Positions 35,084-37,326 of a stretch of 37,326 nt of DNA are shown in pieces. Source of the DNA: Octopus sinensis (Eukaryota); contig NW_021836802.1 of the NCBI RefSeq assembly GCF_006345805.1, forward strand, positions 1 to 37,326. The letters are read 5' to 3'. The notes beneath the pieces are model-generated. The model did not search any database. It was not told the origin of the DNA and worked only from the letters and a program-made list of their open reading frames with translations. Position 1 is the stretch's first letter; each line of letters starts with the position of its first letter. Both the position numbers and the translations under genes were made by a program.

Positions 35084-35422
35084 GTAGTTTTATTTTTATA
35101 GCGTGCTTTCACTTCCCTACCGAGCGCAGCTCTGTGTGCCTTGGGTATGTGCTGTGATTTGTTGTGATGCTCTGATGGTTATTGTATGGAAAGTGTTCTG
35201 CGTAGGATGTGTGCAGTGCCTAGTAGTGCAATTTTGTATGTTATATGTGTTTGTAAGTCCTGGTGTTTTTGTTATGTATTTGTCTGATATTTTTTTATCA
35301 CGCCTAATGCACCTACTGATGATAGGAATGTTTCTGTTTTTAGATTCCACATTCTGGTTACCTCTATTTCCAGGTCTTTGTATTTTGAAAGTTTCTCCAT
35401 TTCTTTTAGAGACACGTTGTCA
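35084..35422 (-). mobile_element. R4/Dong family Y 3' fragment
   Basis: Same 3' end as 30091-30545 but truncated at a different 5' point; abuts (TTA)n 35424-35540. Confidence 0.88.
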
Positions 35423-35484
<62 letters not shown>

Positions 35485-36209
35485 TATTATTGTTTGTTGT
35501 TGTTGTTGTTGTTGTTATTATTATTGTTGTTATTATTTTATTTATTCCATACCTGTCTTTATTTGACTCCAAGAGAGCCATAAATAAATTAATATATTAA
35601 GCCAAATGAATAGATAAATTCCGAGGTCAATAAACTGCAGAAGGCACCGAATATTAGAATCTAGGATAAATCTGCTGCGATGGCTGTTCTTCGTTCCCCC
35701 ATACTGAAAAATCTTCTGGCATATTGTCAGTGATAAAAATCTATTTAACATTATAAATTACGTTTATTTGTGACGTTGGTTGCACCCACCTTATTCTTAA
35801 TTTGCTTATACTTTTTTCTTCCATCTATATATCTCTCCTCATTGTAATTTATTTAATGATTTCAGCATTTTTTCTTTTATGTTCTTCTTTTTTTTTTTTG
35901 TTATCCTAACTTCTCCTTTGATTTTTGTTTCTTGTTTGGTTGTTGAGGAGTAAGAATAGAGTTTTTGTTATAATACTTTTTTTTTTACTGTATTTCAGTA
36001 AATATATTTGTAACTATTTTTATAATTATTTTTATACAAACGTCGTGGTGGCTTTCATTTTACTTTATTTTAATTCCTTTTATTTTATTTATTTATCTAT
36101 TTATTTTTGTTTTGTTTGTATGCTTTTTTTTTCATTTCGACACAGTTCTAAGCTTATGCAATTGCTTACACACTCGCCCCAGCATCTTTTCTCTTATGTG
36201 CTGTGCGCG

Positions 36210-36212
36210 TAG

Positions 36213-36243
<31 letters not shown>

Positions 36244-36433
36244 ATATATATATATATATATTTATGTATGTATGTATACAAACACATACAAATAACAATA
36301 TGCATATACATATTCATTTCCAAAATCATATACACTAATACAGACACACACATGTATGCATAAATTTATAGGTATAAATATAAATATATATATATATATC
36401 GATAGATACATACATACTTACACATAAATTCCT

Positions 36434-36474
<41 letters not shown>

Positions 36475-36834
36475 TATATATATATGTATGTATGTATGTA
36501 TTTATGTGTATATATATATATAATATATATATATATATACATATATATGTGTGTGCATATATGTACATGCAGACACACATCTATAGATATACATATCTAT
36601 GAACATACATAAATACACCCATATATAAAATTATATATATATAATATATATAATACACACATACAGACATACGTACATAAAAACAAACGTAAGTACACAC
36701 ACGCCGTTGTGTATTTACGACCTTATCGGTGTATATTTAAATATATTTTAATATATATATATATATATATCTATATATATATATATATATATACATAATA
36801 TAGATATGTATATATATATATATATATATTAATA

Positions 36835-36912
<78 letters not shown>

Positions 36913-37267
36913 CAGTGAGAGAGAGAGAGAGAGATACATATATATATACATTTACATGCATCTAGTGTCAACGTAGAGAATAAAATTATAAAAGGAACAA
37001 ACAGATATAGCCGTCCTATTTGGCTAACAAAAAATATTTCTCAAAAAAAAAAAGACGAAAGGAAATAAAACGGGAACAGTATTTATCGCTCTTACTTCCA
37101 GACTTGTCTGGGTCGACATAGCACTTATAAGAATTTTTATACACACATATACACACCGGCGCACAAAGCAGACAGACGTATACAAGCACACATGCATAAT
37201 GCAATTATGTGTATGATATTTATATATATGCGAGTGGATATATATATACATATACTTATATATATAT

Positions 37268-37326
<59 letters not shown>
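36210..37326. repeat. (TA)n/(TATG)n-rich low-complexity region
   Basis: Directly visible; source of spurious Tyr/Ile ORFs. Confidence 0.93.

Overview
Eukaryotic, AT-rich, almost entirely repeat-derived DNA. The tRNA-headed SINE families look like those of octopus genomes; this is recognition from memory, not a database result. No prokaryotic features are present, and most ORFs in the supplied track are microsatellite artefacts. Contents: three tRNA-derived SINE families (called A, B, C here) and an unclassified ~500-bp (AAT)n-tailed repeat (D). LINEs: a decayed Tx1/L1-clade copy, a CR1 3' fragment, and six pieces of R4/Dong-type RLE retrotransposons, several joined to (TAA)n tracts. One of these is ~4 kb, near full length and broken only by frameshifts (24741-28720, minus). 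There is also a ~2.9-kb (ACT)n-derived higher-order minisatellite, a MITE-like element and one possible host terminal exon with two PPxY motifs. The most notable signal is ten type-I hammerhead ribozyme (HHR) motifs, nine of them within 11.9-19.5 kb. All have tiny palindromic or near-palindromic stem III, as in Penelope-like elements. Six lie one per unit in three unrelated 0.49-0.59-kb tandem repeats embedded in (TA)n with no coding capacity (retrozyme-like). Three others carry a U3-A8 covariant core (UUGACAA) instead of C3-G8. No activity is shown. Many single-base indels suggest a noisy long-read assembly.
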